DNA of 64,000 bases. Origin: Octopus sinensis. Lineage: Eukaryota. Positions 36,115-48,389 of this stretch are shown here, one piece after another (positions within the stretch are counted from its first letter, which is position 1; each line of letters starts with the position of its first letter). The stretch is taken from NCBI RefSeq assembly GCF_006345805.1, contig NC_042998.1:100068001-100132000 (forward strand), written 5' to 3'. Made by a program: the position numbers and the translations under genes. The notes under the pieces are model-generated. The model was not told the origin of the DNA and did no database searches. It saw only the letters and a list, made by a program, of their open reading frames with translations.

Positions 36115-36440
36115 CTTCAGTCATGAATGACCATGGGATTGCACCTAGAAAGTTACCCTCCAAAGCACAAATCTGGGCAAGGTTGTTTATGGAAGACCAG
36201 CAATCACCCATGCATACCAGCCTCCCCTCTCCACACCACCGATGTTATCCAAGGGAAAGGCAAAGGCCAATACAGCTTGGTATCAATGACATCTCAACTC
36301 ATTTCTAGAGTTGAGTGAACTGGAGCAATGTAAAAATAAAGTATCTTGCTCAAGAACACAACACATCCCAGTTCAGGAGCTGAGCTCAGTATCTCATGAT
36401 TGTGAGTTCAATGCTCTACCCACTGGGCCATGCACCTTCA
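36115..36440 (-). mobile_element. A further tRNA-derived SINE family copy
   Basis: Head catggcccagtgggtagagcattg; gtgttcttgagcaagatacttt body; tail ggtgcaatcccatggtc..gaaggggg also seen near 61785. Confidence 0.65.
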
Positions 36441-36761
36441 CTATGCTGATACATATATGTGTGTACAAGCATATTTACATTCTTGCCTGGAAGTGCTGAA
36501 CACAAAATAGTGACATTATGTTGATATTCTGTTAATAAATTGTTCTCCACCTCTGTGCTTTTGAGATCAAGTGGAATTTTAAAAAATCCCTCACTTGAAA
36601 AACACATCAGAATTAGAAACAGGAAAGGCATCTAAGTGTAAAACAATGCCTCAATACATGTCCAATCCATGCTAACATGGAAAAATGAACATAAAATGAA
36701 CAAATGACTGATATCAAGGAAATAATGGAGCAGGTAGATTTAAATAAAATTTAAGATTTAC

Positions 36762-36933
36762 CTTCCACAATTACTTCAGCTTTAGACAATGGTATTTCAA
36801 AGGAACCGACAGGAACCTCTTCTACCGATGACCGATAAAGAATTTTAGGTTCAAAAAATATACAAGGGTTTCTGTCTTTGATACAGCTTAAAAGAAGACC
36901 TTTTGCTTGAATTGGGCCACGTGGGATAACAAC
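36762..36933 (-). CDS. BCKDHB: BCKDHB exon 6 ([34 protein letters not shown]...KAEVIVEG)
   Basis: tttcag| and |gtaaat, 172 nt, phase 0->1. Confidence 0.95.
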
Positions 36934-38512
36934 CTGAAAAAAGAAAATTCTTCATTTTTATGTCTATTTTGTCATCATGAATTGAATAGGGTATTTTGTA
37001 TCAAAGCATCTTGCCATTGTGTGAGTCCTTTGTCATTATCTTTAAGAGGTTCAATCTTGTGAGATCAATGATCACTATTACTTTATGTCTTCCTTTTCTA
37101 CAGTTAGATCACTTGGCACTTCTTTACCTAACTCATCTCTTACAGGTATCAGCACAGGCTCTTTTCTGGCTCACTACATCTGCTTTCTTTTATACCCAGT
37201 TTTTTCTCAGCTCATTTGTTCACTATCCCTCATGCTACAGCTACTTTCTCTGCCTTCATACCTTTAATCATGCTTCCAATCATATAGCTGTCAACTTTAA
37301 TAGCTGATCCTTCTGTTTGTTTTACTTAGATTAAATCTTCTTTCTATCATTTATTATCCTCAGTCAATGGCTTCTTGGAGTAAAATTTTCAAACATCTTG
37401 GTGTTGGCAAAGACAGCCTCATTACTATCATTTTGTATATACTTTTACCCTACAATATCTTGATTTGCACTGACACACTGCTTTGCAATCTGGAACATCT
37501 CAGGTCTCTGGCCCTCTCATTGCTGAACACTAGCAAACTCTTACTTTCATTTTTTTTTCGGGTATACTATACCTAATGCTTAACATCTCTCTTGATATTG
37601 TTCCTAGTTTCCTCACTGCATTTCAATAGTTCCAGAATTGTCTGTCCATGTCCATCCACGTCTGTCTATCTGGTTGCTATGTGTTGGATGGGTCATTCTG
37701 CTCATCTAGATGGATCTGGGTATCATATCTGATTTATAAGTTTCATTATATAATATAAATATCCATTTGTAAGCAAGAATCTTAAGATACAAAATACAGG
37801 CTTCATGAAAACAACTGAACCAGACTAGAAAGTTGCATATTTGATTATGTGAACAACACTTACTTTAAAATTAAGCATTCACATATCCAACTGGTGGAAG
37901 ACCTTGTTGGTTGCCTGCTTTTATACTGTCCAAACTAGCTCCCTGCTCCAAGGATAAATAACTTAATATTTCTTACATTCCACTTCCCATTATAGTAATC
38001 CAAGTGTCATAATCTTTCTCCCTACAACAACTAGTTTTAAAGGCCTTGTAAATTTCATTGACACTGTTCTTCCTCTTCTAATGCATTAAAAAATTACTTA
38101 TATTATGCAGATATTCAGCAATATCATGTAATATGAAATATGCAAAATTTGTTTAATAAATTTACAAAGCAGGGTTTGGTGTATATAAACCTCTCTTTCT
38201 CTTCCACACATATACCTGTAATACAACTTCTTTCAAAGTACCTTGATGGTACATGCTGCATGTCATGAAGTTGGCACATGATGTGTGTCTGAAGTTTCAA
38301 TAGATTACTCATTAACTGTTGAGCAAGCAGGGTGTTTTTATCATTACACCACCACCAGAGATATTTTCTTTTTGATTTTGGGTATTTCCAAGTAAAATAT
38401 AAATACAAGTAAAACTTTCAGAAAATTCCATAGACTAGGAGCTTTTAGAATTGTATAGTCAATTTTCTTTTTTGATTGCAATTGATCTTATTGAATAAAT
38501 TATAATAGTCAC

Positions 38513-38668
38513 CTTTAGTCCTGGGACATGGGCAAAAAGTGCTTCAGGGCTCTGTGAATGGTATAAGGCACCATGTCCTACTGCACCCGAAGGTGTACGA
38601 ATGGTAAGACCACCAATATTAAATAGATTACCAGTACGATATCGGAATTTTGCTGCTTCATTCACAAT
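38513..38668 (-). CDS. BCKDHB: BCKDHB exon 5 ([13 protein letters not shown]...[22 protein letters not shown])
   Basis: tttcag| and |gtgact, 156 nt; HSQS motif. Confidence 0.96.
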
Positions 38669-39345
38669 CTGAAATGGAAAGAGAAATATATATTTTTTTG
38701 CTTTTGAGTTGCATGGAAATAGTTTATTGAAATAGTTTTCAGATTATGTCATAGTGCTTTTAATGCATTTAAGGTGATACAGTTTTTGTAAGGAAATGAA
38801 CATTTGTAAAACGTTTTTTTCTCAAAGTCAAACATACAGTATATCTTACTTGTTGTGTATGCAACTCCCATGTATGTATGTATACATGTATATATGTGTG
38901 TGTGTGTATATATATATATATCTAGAGAGAGAGAGATAGACAGATATATGCATATATACATGTATATATATATATGTCATCATCATTTAACGCCTGTTGT
39001 CCATGCTGGCAAACTGGGGGGGGGGGCTGCACCTGACTCCAGTTTGATTTGGTGTAGTTTCTATGGCTTGGTGCCCTTTCTAACACCAACTACTTTACAG
39101 AGAAAACTACACCAAATCAGAATGGTCATAACATCTAACCCATGTCAGCATGGACAATGGATGTTAAATGATGATGATGATGATATATATATATGTGTGT
39201 ATGTATGTATGTATATATGCATATATATATATATATATACATATTTACACACACACATACAAACCTATATACACATGGGAGTTGGGGGCATAATGAGTAA
39301 GATTTATTACATGTGTTTGACTTTGAGAAAAAATGTTTTACAATA

Positions 39346-39379
<34 letters not shown>

Positions 39380-39446
39380 AATAACACCATTTAACATCTG
39401 TTTTCCATGCTGGTATGGACTGGACATGCATATATACATACATATA

Positions 39447-40575
39447 TTGGGTCATCCTATTAATAATGCGTTTTTTTTCAATTGCATCAACTAAAAGTTG
39501 GAGGGGGACGGGATAAACTACCTGCATCAACTTGCTATAGAAGCAGGTAGTAATTTTACATTGGTCTTATTCTCAGTGCACGTTTTGAAGAGTGCGGTTC
39601 GATTTTAACAGCAATTTTTTCAAAGCTATACTGGAAGTGACAAAGGAGCATATTCAGGCAACAACACAATGGAAAGTGTGAGGAATATTAATGCAGTATA
39701 TGGGGATTGGACAATAAATATAAGCTAGTATCAACAGTGGTTCCAGAAATTCCGAGCCAGAAACTACAGCCTAGAAGACAAGCCTCATCCTGGAAGATCA
39801 GTAGAGCTTGACTAGGAACAAAATCCCATCGTAACTGTTGAGGAACTAGCAGAGAAGCTTGGATTTGATCATTCAACTATTCATCGATACCTTTGTGCCA
39901 TCAGAAAAGTCAACCAATTGGGTCAATGGGTTCCTCACAAACTTTGTGAGTCTAATCATGCACAGAGAGTGAATGAACCATTTTTCGAACTGAATAGTGA
40001 CTGGTGACAAGAAATGGGTTCTCTATAAATATGTCAAGTGCCGAAGACAGAGGGTAGGGAAAGAAAAAACACTGGCAGCCAGGCTAAAGAAGGTCTTAAC
40101 TCACATAAGGTGCTGTTATCTGTTTGGTGGGACATGAAAGGTTTAGTCCATTTTAAATTTTTAAACCCAAATCAAATAACAAAAGAGATCTCCTGCAAGC
40201 AGCTTGAGCAGCTTAAATCAGCACTAGAAGAAAAACGACCTTGGTTTCAAGATGAAAGGTGTTCTTCCATCAGGATAATGCTTGGTCACATACAGTGAGG
40301 ATGACATTCCAAAGGCTGGGGCAGTTTGAATGGGAAATGATGCCCTACCCACCATATTTGCTGGACATTGCTCAATCTGATTATCATTTATTCTGCAATC
40401 TTCAAAATCACTTGGATGGAAAAAATATAAATTCTATAGACAAGGTCAGAACAGTACTGGAAGAGTATTTTTCATCACAGACGAGTGAATTCTTGAAGAG
40501 GGGCCTTGCAAGCCTACCAGATAGATGGAAAAGCATTGTAGAAAATGAAGGAGAGTATATTTTAGATTAAAAACG
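39447..40575 (+). pseudogene. Decayed mariner (DD34D-type) transposase; 3' TIR not found
   Basis: TA|TTGGGTCATCC.. TIR; IVTGDKKW-like, VLLSVWWD, FHQDNA, YPPYLLDIAQSDYHLF, LPDRWKSIVENEGEY. Confidence 0.9.
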
Positions 40576-40587
40576 AACTTTGTTTAT

Positions 40588-41120
40588 CTTCATCATCATC
40601 ATCATCATCATTTAGCGTTCGTTTTCCATGCTAGCATGGGTTGGACGGTTTAACTGGGGTCTGTGAAGCCGGAAGGCTTCATCAGGCCCAGTCAGATTTG
40701 GCAGTGTTTCTACGGCTGGATGCCCTTCCTAACGCCAACCACTCCGTGAGTGTAGTGGGTGCTTTTTACGTGCCACCTGCACAGGTGCCAGACAGAGTTG
40801 GCAAACGGCCATGAACGGATGGTGTTTTTACGTGCCACCAGCACGGGGGCCAGGCGAGGCTGGCAATGGACACGAGCGGATGGTGCTTTTGCGTGCTACC
40901 GGCACGGGGGCCAGGCGAGGCTGGCAACGGACACGAGCGGATGGTGCTTTTACGTGCCACCAGCACGGGGGCCAGGCGAGGCTGGCAATGGACACGAACG
41001 GATGGTGCGTTTACGTGCCAGGCGAGGTTGGCAACGGACAAACGATCGGATGGTTCGCTTAACCACAGCTGCAATTTCCACTGATGTTGATTTGGTTTGA
41101 TTTTGACTGTTCTCAGGTTG
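40588..41120 (-). mobile_element. RTE 3' UTR copy with a 4-5 unit module array (about 40760-41080)
   Basis: Reverse complement of the 9059-9866 architecture; tail (CAT)n at about 40590. Confidence 0.92.
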
Positions 41121-41949
41121 TTCTATTGATTGGATCAATTGGAACCCTCATTGTCGTAACCAACAGAGAGCCAGTTATACACACACATATATATACATTC
41201 TTTTGTGCATCTCACCTTAAAAGCTGCAGCCATGCTGGAGCACCACCTGTGTAATCACTTTTTCCATGGCCATTCTTAAGTGGTTGGCTTTTGGTGTAGG
41301 AGGGGGTTTAACATTCCTGCCCAATTTTGTCTTTCTTGCTAGAGAAGATTCTGAGCAACTTGCTTTGCTAGACATGTCTAGCAAAGTTGATCGGAATCTC
41401 CTGCCTAACTTTAAACTCAACCTGATGGAAGTGGATTTGTTCATGATGTAATTGATCTATTCATCAATAAAAGAAATACTATTGAAACAGTTGTTATGAA
41501 CCTTTAGGATCTACTTGTGTTCTTTTATACAAAGGCCATACCTGCAACTACCCCTATGTTGGATCTATAACTTACATTGGATTGTGAACCTACGTGTGTA
41601 TATGTACATATATCTATATGTTTGTGTATACACACACACATACACATGTATAATAAACCCTACAATTATTTTTAGAACAAAGCTTAACTCTTTTAAGCCC
41701 AGATTGTAGGATAACCCTGGGAAAACTAAAACTGCAAAATAAGTCTTAGGGATTATAGGGTTTAATAATATTTGTACACATGCTCGAAATGTGTTGAAAG
41801 ATGCTATTTTGCAGGCATGTTCAAATGATGCTATATTAAAAAAACAAAACAGGATAAGATATGATAATGAAAAGCACTAGAATTTAAAATATTAGCAATA
41901 TGCCATTCAATGGGAGCAATTTTTAGTAAATAAAATCTGAAGAACTGAC

Positions 41950-42083
41950 TTGGTCAAATGCAGGAAAAATATAATCGGCAAATTGAATTTCAGCAATAGC
42001 AGTTGCACCTGTTGTTGCAACACCAATTCCAAATGCTACTATTCCTTGCTCACTGAGGGGAGTGTTAAAGACCCGATCTTTAC
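41950..42083 (-). CDS. BCKDHB: BCKDHB exon 4 ([21 protein letters not shown]...[15 protein letters not shown])
   Basis: ttttag| and |gtcagt, 134 nt; EIQFADY motif. Confidence 0.96.
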
Positions 42084-42943
42084 CTAAAAGAAATAGAAAT
42101 GTATAAACTTTGAAAAGTCACAGAAATCGACTTATTTTGGTGAATTATGAAACAATTTAACTCTAAAATCTATAGGTTTATTTTTTTCATATTGGTTACA
42201 TTTTCAAACCTTCCAGAAGAGATTTGTGAATTAAATATCAGTATTTTATAACGTAAAAAGTTTGTTTAAAATATTACATTATAAGAATCAGAATAATAGT
42301 TTCTACATTAGTTTAATAATTACATTTATATGGGGGAAAATGGTTCAAGAAAATAATTGTTACAGAAAACCTCTATGTTGTTCTTAAATCTTGGGAAAAT
42401 CTCTAAATATGATTTTTTAAGAAAATCTTATCAGAGAATAATAAATATTTTTCAGATGTTTTTACACCACACACACATTTTAACAAATTAAGTCTGTCAG
42501 TATTTACAGCATGGAAGACACATATTAGCCATTCAAAAGAAATGAGTTCCAGTGGAACTGTATTATGACCAAATTGCAGATAATGCAACAGGCATTTTAA
42601 CACCAAATAATAAATGATCAAATGAAGTTAACAGTTTTTGTGTCTTTTGAATGGCCAAATTTACGTCTTCCATGATGTAATTAGTTTAATTTCACAGATT
42701 AAATCAATTACTAGGCAGTACAATTTCCAAATAAAAGTTTGTCATTATTTCAAAAGTAATTATTAAGAAGTGAATGTCGAGACATATATATAAATAAATA
42801 AATATTAAAAGAAAAAGAAGCGTAAAAGTTGATTAAAGTGAACCCAGTACACATTTTATTAACTTTGAAAGGATGAAAGATAAAGACAACAAAAGCAGGA
42901 TTTTAACTCATAAAAGAAGAAATAATAAAATGTTTAACATTAC

Positions 42944-43012
42944 CAAATTTATCTTTTAAGCCTACAGTACATCGGAAAACTCCTCCAAAGGCTACATCCT
43001 CTCCAAATATAA
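42944..43012 (-). CDS. BCKDHB: BCKDHB exon 3 ([24 protein letters not shown])
   Basis: ctacag| and |gtaatg, 69 nt; GEDV..GGVFR motif. Confidence 0.96.
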
Positions 43013-46000
43013 CTGTAGATAAAAAATATAAATAAAACATGCATTAAATTTTTAACTTCGGTGATTAGTAAATAATACATCAACTGATTTGGGGTTTTTT
43101 ACCTTTAGGCAAAATAGTGTTACAAATATTTTGTTGTCATCACTTTTATGTTTTATCATTCTAACATTGTTTTCAAGATTACGTAGATGTGGCTGTATGG
43201 TCAAGACACTTGCTTTCCGGCCATGTGATCTTAGGTTCAGTCCCACTGCACAGCACCTTGGGCAAATGTCTTCTATTATAGTCCCAGATCAACCAAAGCC
43301 TTGGGAATGGATTTAAAAGACAGAAACTGTAAGAAGCCCATGGTGTGTGCATATGTGTATGTATATATCATCATCATTTAACATCTATTTTCCATGCTGA
43401 CAAGTGTTCGATGGTTTGACAGGAGCTGGCCAGGCTCCATGTCTGCTTTGGCATGATTTCTATGGCTGGATGCCCTTCCTAATGCCAACCATATATTTAT
43501 ATGGGGGAAGGCTGTATGTTCTCCACCACTACTTGACAGCAGTGTTGCTTTGTTTATGCCCTTGTATCTTGAATGTATTGCTTCATTGGGCATCAACACA
43601 CTGACGTTTCAATGTTAAGCAGCAAACTTGGCAGAAGCTCACAAGATCATCCACTGTCTTTCCAACAACAACTTAAGCCATCTTTTTGAATTCAACACCA
43701 ATAACTCATGGGCAAGCTTATAGAAAAAAAAAAGAAAAAAAAAACAGTGCAGCACCACGACATTTCGGAATATTTTTTTCACATACAGAACTGTCAAAGC
43801 ATGAAATACACTACCCACATCATTGTTAGCTGTCAGGATACATTCTTCAAAAATTCCATGTGTCCTGAAATTTACCAACATTACTTCTGATGTGTCTTTC
43901 CTTATTATGGCTCTTTTACTGTTCAGTTTTCTGGCTTTTTTATGCATGTACCTTTGTTTTTCATTGTTGTCTTTCTTTACTTGACTTATGGCTGCTTTCT
44001 GTACCCTCTTTTAATGTTTTCCAATGAGTGTTGTGCACCTGAACACTATACAAAAAGTTCATTATTATCATTACCCCAAATCTCCCTCAAATCATACCTC
44101 TTCTCATCTTGAAGAGAAAAAAAATGAATATATATACTGTGACTGATAAGAAACAGAATGGTTATAGTCAGAACACTTCCAATCATAGGTTTGCAGTTGA
44201 CTTGGAGCTAAACATCACCAACAATAACAAGTAAAATCAATATACAAAATACAAAATAAAAAGGTTTATTAAATATTCTTTTTGTGTAGTTTGAAGTTAA
44301 AAAAAATTATTGAAGGAACTTTGAAGCATTCCAAGAATTTTTAACCAGGGATGGTGAAATAATTAAGATCAGAAAGCCTTCACAATACTAATCTAAGCCA
44401 TACACTGTTAAAAAAGAAACTAGGAATTATTAATAGTAAGAGCATCAGAATAAATTAATTGTGATAAATATCCAAATATTCATGCATAATGGAGAGAGGT
44501 AGACTTTTTTGCAATAGAAGGGAATAAGGAACAATGAATTTTTTTTATATATTTCTGATATTTATCAACACTGATGAAATGAAAAAAGATGTTCCAGTCT
44601 GAATTTCTGCATTAACTACAAGTATTTATGACCAAAGGTATTCCTTATTTTCAGACAATATAACCAGAACTACATAATCCAATGTAATCTTTCCCTTTTA
44701 AGCTAGTAAGATGTTGTTTAAAAGGAAATTTGACACTATTTCTAGCAGGTCAAGCAGTCACAGTGTATCTCATGAACAGTTATAATGTGGCTGTTTAAAT
44801 CCAGATCAACCTAATTTAGCAGGTCTATGTTCAACGCACTGCAAGTATGATACTTTTGTCTTGCTCTTATAACTTCATTGTCTAACATGCCTTTCTTTCT
44901 TTAAGACAGAAAATTTGGTTAGCTAAAATGACATCTAATCCCAAGTCAGTTTTGATTGAGTGCACCCATAATCAAAGTTGTTCTGGTTCAAACTCTTACA
45001 TTCTTCTGTATATCTAGAGATACATAGGCCATCCTTCCTTCTTTGCATTGGCAGAGCACAATCCAAGTGAATCTCGTGGCTACTTCAATTGTGCCAAATC
45101 ATCTGCATCCAAACAACTGCCCCAAAGCACTACTTTCTATCAGTGAGACAATGAGATTTCAACCTACATATTGGTGTGTCAAAGGTTTGAAGGTATTCTA
45201 GACACAGCTAGTCTGTCTTTTAGGGTTAATTACAGCAACATTATTTAATGTACCCTTACTTCTTTTATGATTGTAGAATGTAATTAAAGCATTCATATAA
45301 TTAAACATTCATTATGCACTTGCAATTTGCCCTGGTACATATACATACACACACACACACACACACATGTAATGGGCTTCAGTGTAGTTTCTACCCATGA
45401 AATTCCACTCACAAAGTATTAGTCAACCCAGAAGTGTGATAGAAGACATTGCCCAAGGTGCTGCACATCGAGATTGACCTCAGAACCATGTGAATATGAA
45501 GCAAACTTCTTAACCACACAGCCATACCTGTTGTTGAGTGGTTGGTTGTAGCTTTAAAAGAACAGTCGTTCCAACACCTTACAAATCTCCCTATTTGTTA
45601 AATTTTCCCACTCACATAAGCAAGAGAAATAAGTTATTTTTAACATTTGAGATTGAAAGATAAAATAAATATTGTTTTGACTATGTTATCTTTAATTTGC
45701 ATAGCGAAAGGAATGATTAACTAGACAGTGTCATTTTCATTATTTCTGTTGTTGGGGTTTTTTATGTTATGTTTATTGTTTATTGTTTTTGCTTTTATTT
45801 TTATTTCTATTATAATTAATATTATTATTATTGCTGTTGTTGTTATTATTTTTATTATTATTTACAGGTCATTTTTCCATATTACTAATACTTCTATTGT
45901 TCTTTTGGTACTTATCCTTGGTATCATTGCAGTTGTCAAAATTATCGAGGCTAGTGGTGGTTGCCTTATCCAGGCTTCTATAATTATTGTGCCTCCGTTT

Positions 46001-46139
46001 ACTCCAGTTTCCACATTTACTGTTAGGATCTATAGATAAGCTGTCTATTTTCTCATTATCCTTATTATTGGTGTTATTATTTCTATTATTAATAATATTA
46101 ATATTATTATCATTTGCTTTAAATGCATTACTGGGGATG

Positions 46140-46680
46140 GTTATTAGAATTACGTGCCACTGGCATGTAAAAAGCACTGTTCAAACGTGGTCAATGCCAG
46201 TGCCACCTGACTGGCCCTTATGCTGGTGGCATGTAAAAAGCACCTACTAAATTCTCAAAGTGGTTGGCGTTAGGAAGGGCATCCAACTGTAGAAACCTTG
46301 CCAGATCAGATTGGAGCCTGGTGCAGCCCCCTGGCTTGGTAGTCCTCAATCAAACCATCCAATGCATGCCACTATGGAAAGTAGACGTTATACGATGATG
46401 ATGATGTCTTGGTCATTGCCTTCATGAGGCCCAACATTCGAAAGGAACTCAACCACTTTGCCTCCATGAGGCCCAACGCTTGAAAGGAACTCAGTTAGTT
46501 TGCCACCATGATGCCCAGTGATTGAAAGCAACTCAGCCACGTTGCCTCCATGAGGCCCAATGTTCAAAGGTTGATTTTTTACATGCCACCAGCACAGATG
46601 CACTTGGCTTGATGAGTCCTCTTAAGCAGAGCATATTGCCAAAGGTCTCGATCACTATTTATTGTCTTCCTGAGTCTACC
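46140..46680. mobile_element. Two abutting RTE 3' fragments in opposite orientation, the minus one with a 4x42-bp tandem repeat
   Basis: Plus copy ends in (GAT)n at about 46405; repeat units start at 46418, 46460, 46502, 46544. Confidence 0.8.
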
Positions 46681-48389
46681 TCTGCCACAGGTTCCCTCCA
46701 CTTCTTTACACAGCTCAACAAAATACTTTAAATGAGTTATAGAGCAACTATATTGTTACTATAACAGCGAAATGGTAGAATGAACATGAAATTGAAAACC
46801 TTGCTAAGACATGAACATAAACCTGCTATACAGGTTTCACAGTGTTGATGGACAGAAGAATACTGAGAACAAAAATTAAACAACAACAAAGTCAATGTAT
46901 TATGCTGTGTAGAAAAGAAAGAAACAATGCTACAGACAATTTGTCTTTTGTTAAGCTCTACTTGTACAGAAGAAGAAAAATGTGTCTATGTATTCAATAA
47001 TGGAATAGAATTGGGTCCCCTTCACCCATGTTCACCATTCACTGCATTCCTCTTCCTCTTTCCTGCTTTACTTTCTCACTCTTGTGAACTTTCAGTCCAC
47101 TCACCCTGTTGCCTCTGTAATACTTCACTTATGTTCACCTCCTCTCACCACTACACCTTGAGGATATGCCCCAACATATCTCCACCAGCTCCCTCTCTCT
47201 GTATTTCTCCTCTTTTTACCAGCCGGGGTAGCCACGTATCTCCTGTACAACAACACATCAGTTTCTGTCCCTCTCATCAACTGGCATAAAGCTATCCCCA
47301 CTCAGTTTTCCATGTTGGTATTGGTTAGGGGTTCTCAACCATTTTTTTATCTATGGAGCTCCATAGCCATTTGACATTTAAAAACTAGTTTTATAGAAAC
47401 TTCTTTCAAGATTCCTATTTGTTTCGTTTTTCACGCATTAGCTTGTGTAGGTTGAACTATGTAAAATGTTAGAGAAAGAAACCTAGCCGTTTCTCACAAT
47501 ACATACATCTAAAGCAAAATTGTTTTAGGAGTCCTTAAAATACTATTGGGGATCCCCCAAAATCTTACATGGACCCTCAGGGGTCATATGAACCCCAGTT
47601 AAGACCCACTGGGTTAGATAGATACTAACTTGAGGCAATATTTTATGGTTGGATGCCATTCCTGTTTTTCAAGTAAGTAATTTTTTTTTATCCCACTTGA
47701 TTTCAAAAGTGTATATTGTCCATAGGGAATATAAATATGACATCACTATCTTTTGTTCAGCTAATCTCATGTAAAGACATGGAAACATCAACATGTATGC
47801 ACATGTAGTTTGTCCGTTGATGCGACGAAGACCATCTAGTCATCGTGGGGTGGGGGTGGGCTTGTTTTGTGAGTTGGTGGGTTTGTGCAGGTTTGTGGCT
47901 ATGACTTTCAGTGTACCCACACCTGTTGCTTCATCATGTGCCTGTCACCACAGGACTTTGGGATGAAGGGGTGGAAAGAAGGATGAAAGATGACTTGCGC
48001 AAGGAAACTTTGTTTAAAGTGAGGAAGGGTTGTGCATCGCCAACCTCAGTCTCTCATCTGAGACCGTCTTAACCAGTGGCAAGACCAGATTGAGATGACT
48101 GGGGACAGAACAGGATGAAGTGAATGACCAAAATGTCCTATAGTGCTTCACCTTGCCCTATGCACTCCATGGTGCTCTGCTGTAACCGCCCTCTTATCCA
48201 TTGAAACCGTTCTGGTGGTTCCTTCTGTAGAATCAGCTGGCTCCAGTCTTCGTATGCGTAGGTAGGCAAGCCCTAACTTGCCGAAAGTTTAAGCCTGGTC
48301 GGCTACCTTCGCTTGGTTTAGCCGGCTAGTCGAAGCCATTGCCTGGGGTGTGACCACTGTTGCATACAAATAGCTACTAGGAGTCACAA

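Noticed and set aside
45728-46177. ORFs of 102-103 aa on both strands
   Set aside because: Low-complexity (ATT/TAT)-rich sequence giving I/N/F-biased translations.
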